Shown: positions 43,958 through 44,476 of the stretch, piece by piece
Layout: each line of letters begins with the position of its first letter
Numbering within the stretch: the stretch's first letter is position 1
Source: Candidatus Bipolaricaulota bacterium
Lineage (GTDB): Bacteria; Bipolaricaulota; Bipolaricaulia; RBG-16-55-9; DRXL01
DNA: 44,476 nucleotides
Reading direction: 5' to 3'
NCBI GenBank assembly: GCA_036783095.1
Contig: DAIPXV010000002.1
Location: 1-44,476 of the forward strand
Position numbers and translations under genes: made by a program
The notes under the pieces: generated by a model
What the model was told of the DNA's origin: nothing
Database searches by the model: none
What the model saw: only the letters and a program-made list of their open reading frames with translations

Positions 43958-44062
43958 TCTCGAAACTTAATAAAATTTTTCAGTTGCTTCAAAGAGCAAA
44001 GTGCAAACTCACAGGCTCTCAGCTATAATACTCCCATAACTCTTTCTAGGGAGGCTCACGCT

Positions 44063-44476
44063 ATGGAATCGCGATCTTTCGATTTTCTCAAACGGCTGTT
44101 GGCAACCGTCAGTCCCTCGGGCTATGAGGACGAAGCTGCCCACGTCTGGGCCGAGGAAGCCAGAACGTTCGCCGACGAAGTTCGATCTGACACCCAGGGC
44201 AACGTCATCGCGGTCGTCAACAAAGGCGGCAAGCCCCGAGTGATGCTCGCCGGGCACATGGACGAGATCGGCTTTATGATCACGCACATTGACGACCAGG
44301 GCTTTCTTTACTTTGGGCAGATCGGCGGCTGGGATCCTCAGATCGTCCAGGGCCAGCGCGTCTGGATTCGAACACAGTCGGGCAAAATCCCCGGCGTCAT
44401 CGGCAAAAAGCCCGTTCACTTAATTAAAGAAGAAGACCGCAATAGAGTGACCAAGATCGAAGAGCTGTGGATCGAC
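44063..44476 (+). CDS. M42 family metallopeptidase (FrvX/YsdC/CelM-like), 3'-partial
   Basis: AGGGAGG (44047-44053) precedes the ATG at 44063. Translation is MESRSFDFLKRLLATVSPSGYEDEAA...MLAGHMDEIGFMITHIDDQGFLYF. It is open to the window end. The tracked minus ORF 44009..44419 is its antisense shadow. Confidence 0.85.
   Translation, partial: MESRSFDFLKRLLATVSPSGYEDEAAHVWAEEARTFADEVRSDTQGNVIAVVNKGGKPRVMLAGHMDEIGFMITHIDDQGFLYFGQIGGWDPQIVQGQRVWIRTQSGKIPGVIGKKPVHLIKEEDRNRVTKIEELWID

Noticed and set aside
44009-44419. 136-aa minus-strand ORF at the right edge
   Set aside because: The plus strand encodes a clear M42 peptidase N-terminus (HMDEIGF motif) with a good RBS. The minus ORF is its antisense shadow.
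1-44476. CRISPR arrays, tRNA/rRNA genes, IS elements, integrases
   Set aside because: I saw no spaced direct-repeat array, no T-loop (GGTTCGAATCC-type) or anticodon-arm signature in the intergenic gaps, and no transposase- or recombinase-like ORF. The only mobile-type trace is the decayed TA pair.
1-44476. Apparent excess of GATC and of the HIP1-like octamer GCGATCGC (for example near 113, 307, 18985, 27786, 36346)
   Set aside because: I cannot count reliably by eye. Much of it is explained by frequent GAG-ATC / GCG-ATC codon pairs in a genome that prefers ATC for Ile. It needs a k-mer observed/expected calculation on the whole genome before it means anything.

Overview
Compact, GC-rich bacterial chromosomal segment of about 45 genes. 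Many neighbouring genes overlap by 1-4 nt, and several convergent pairs overlap by 17-83 nt. Most of it is housekeeping. Going left to right: panC, hom, rsmI, prfB (with the classical programmed +1 frameshift), and a cmk-plsC-ispH-rpsA-plsY block. Then asnS, an IMPase-family gene, a cyclodeaminase gene, and a BtuF/C/D-type uptake operon ending in a cob(I)alamin adenosyltransferase. Then coaD, lon, a TPP-riboswitch-controlled ABC importer, mgtC, Asp and Ala racemases, cca, a NUDIX hydrolase, a membrane pyrophosphatase, alaS and a partial M42 peptidase. I saw no rRNA, tRNA, CRISPR array or intact mobile element. Near-consensus sigma70-type promoters (TTGACA-17-TATAAT-like) are easy to find in the intergenic gaps. 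At least six of them sit only 4-9 nt from a start codon with no Shine-Dalgarno (SD), which suggests frequent leaderless mRNAs. I did not find a convincing novel multi-gene system, so the leads below are hypotheses, not calls. (1) At 35.7-36.3 kb, a Zn-ribbon/tail-anchored small protein gene with a perfect consensus promoter faces a convergent extended -10 promoter and a ~94-nt rod-like hairpin. (2) At 42.7-44.0 kb there is an AT-rich islet with a decayed vapBC-like pair and an orphan 255-aa membrane-anchored protein. (3) At 39818-39943 there is an untracked 41-codon ORF for an extremely acidic W/D/E peptide. (4) Two distant paralogues ending in APLxxVRF each overlap, tail to tail, a CoA-pathway gene (panC, coaD). 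(5) Two copies of a GC-rich palindromic REP-like element bracket the first gene of the btu-like operon.
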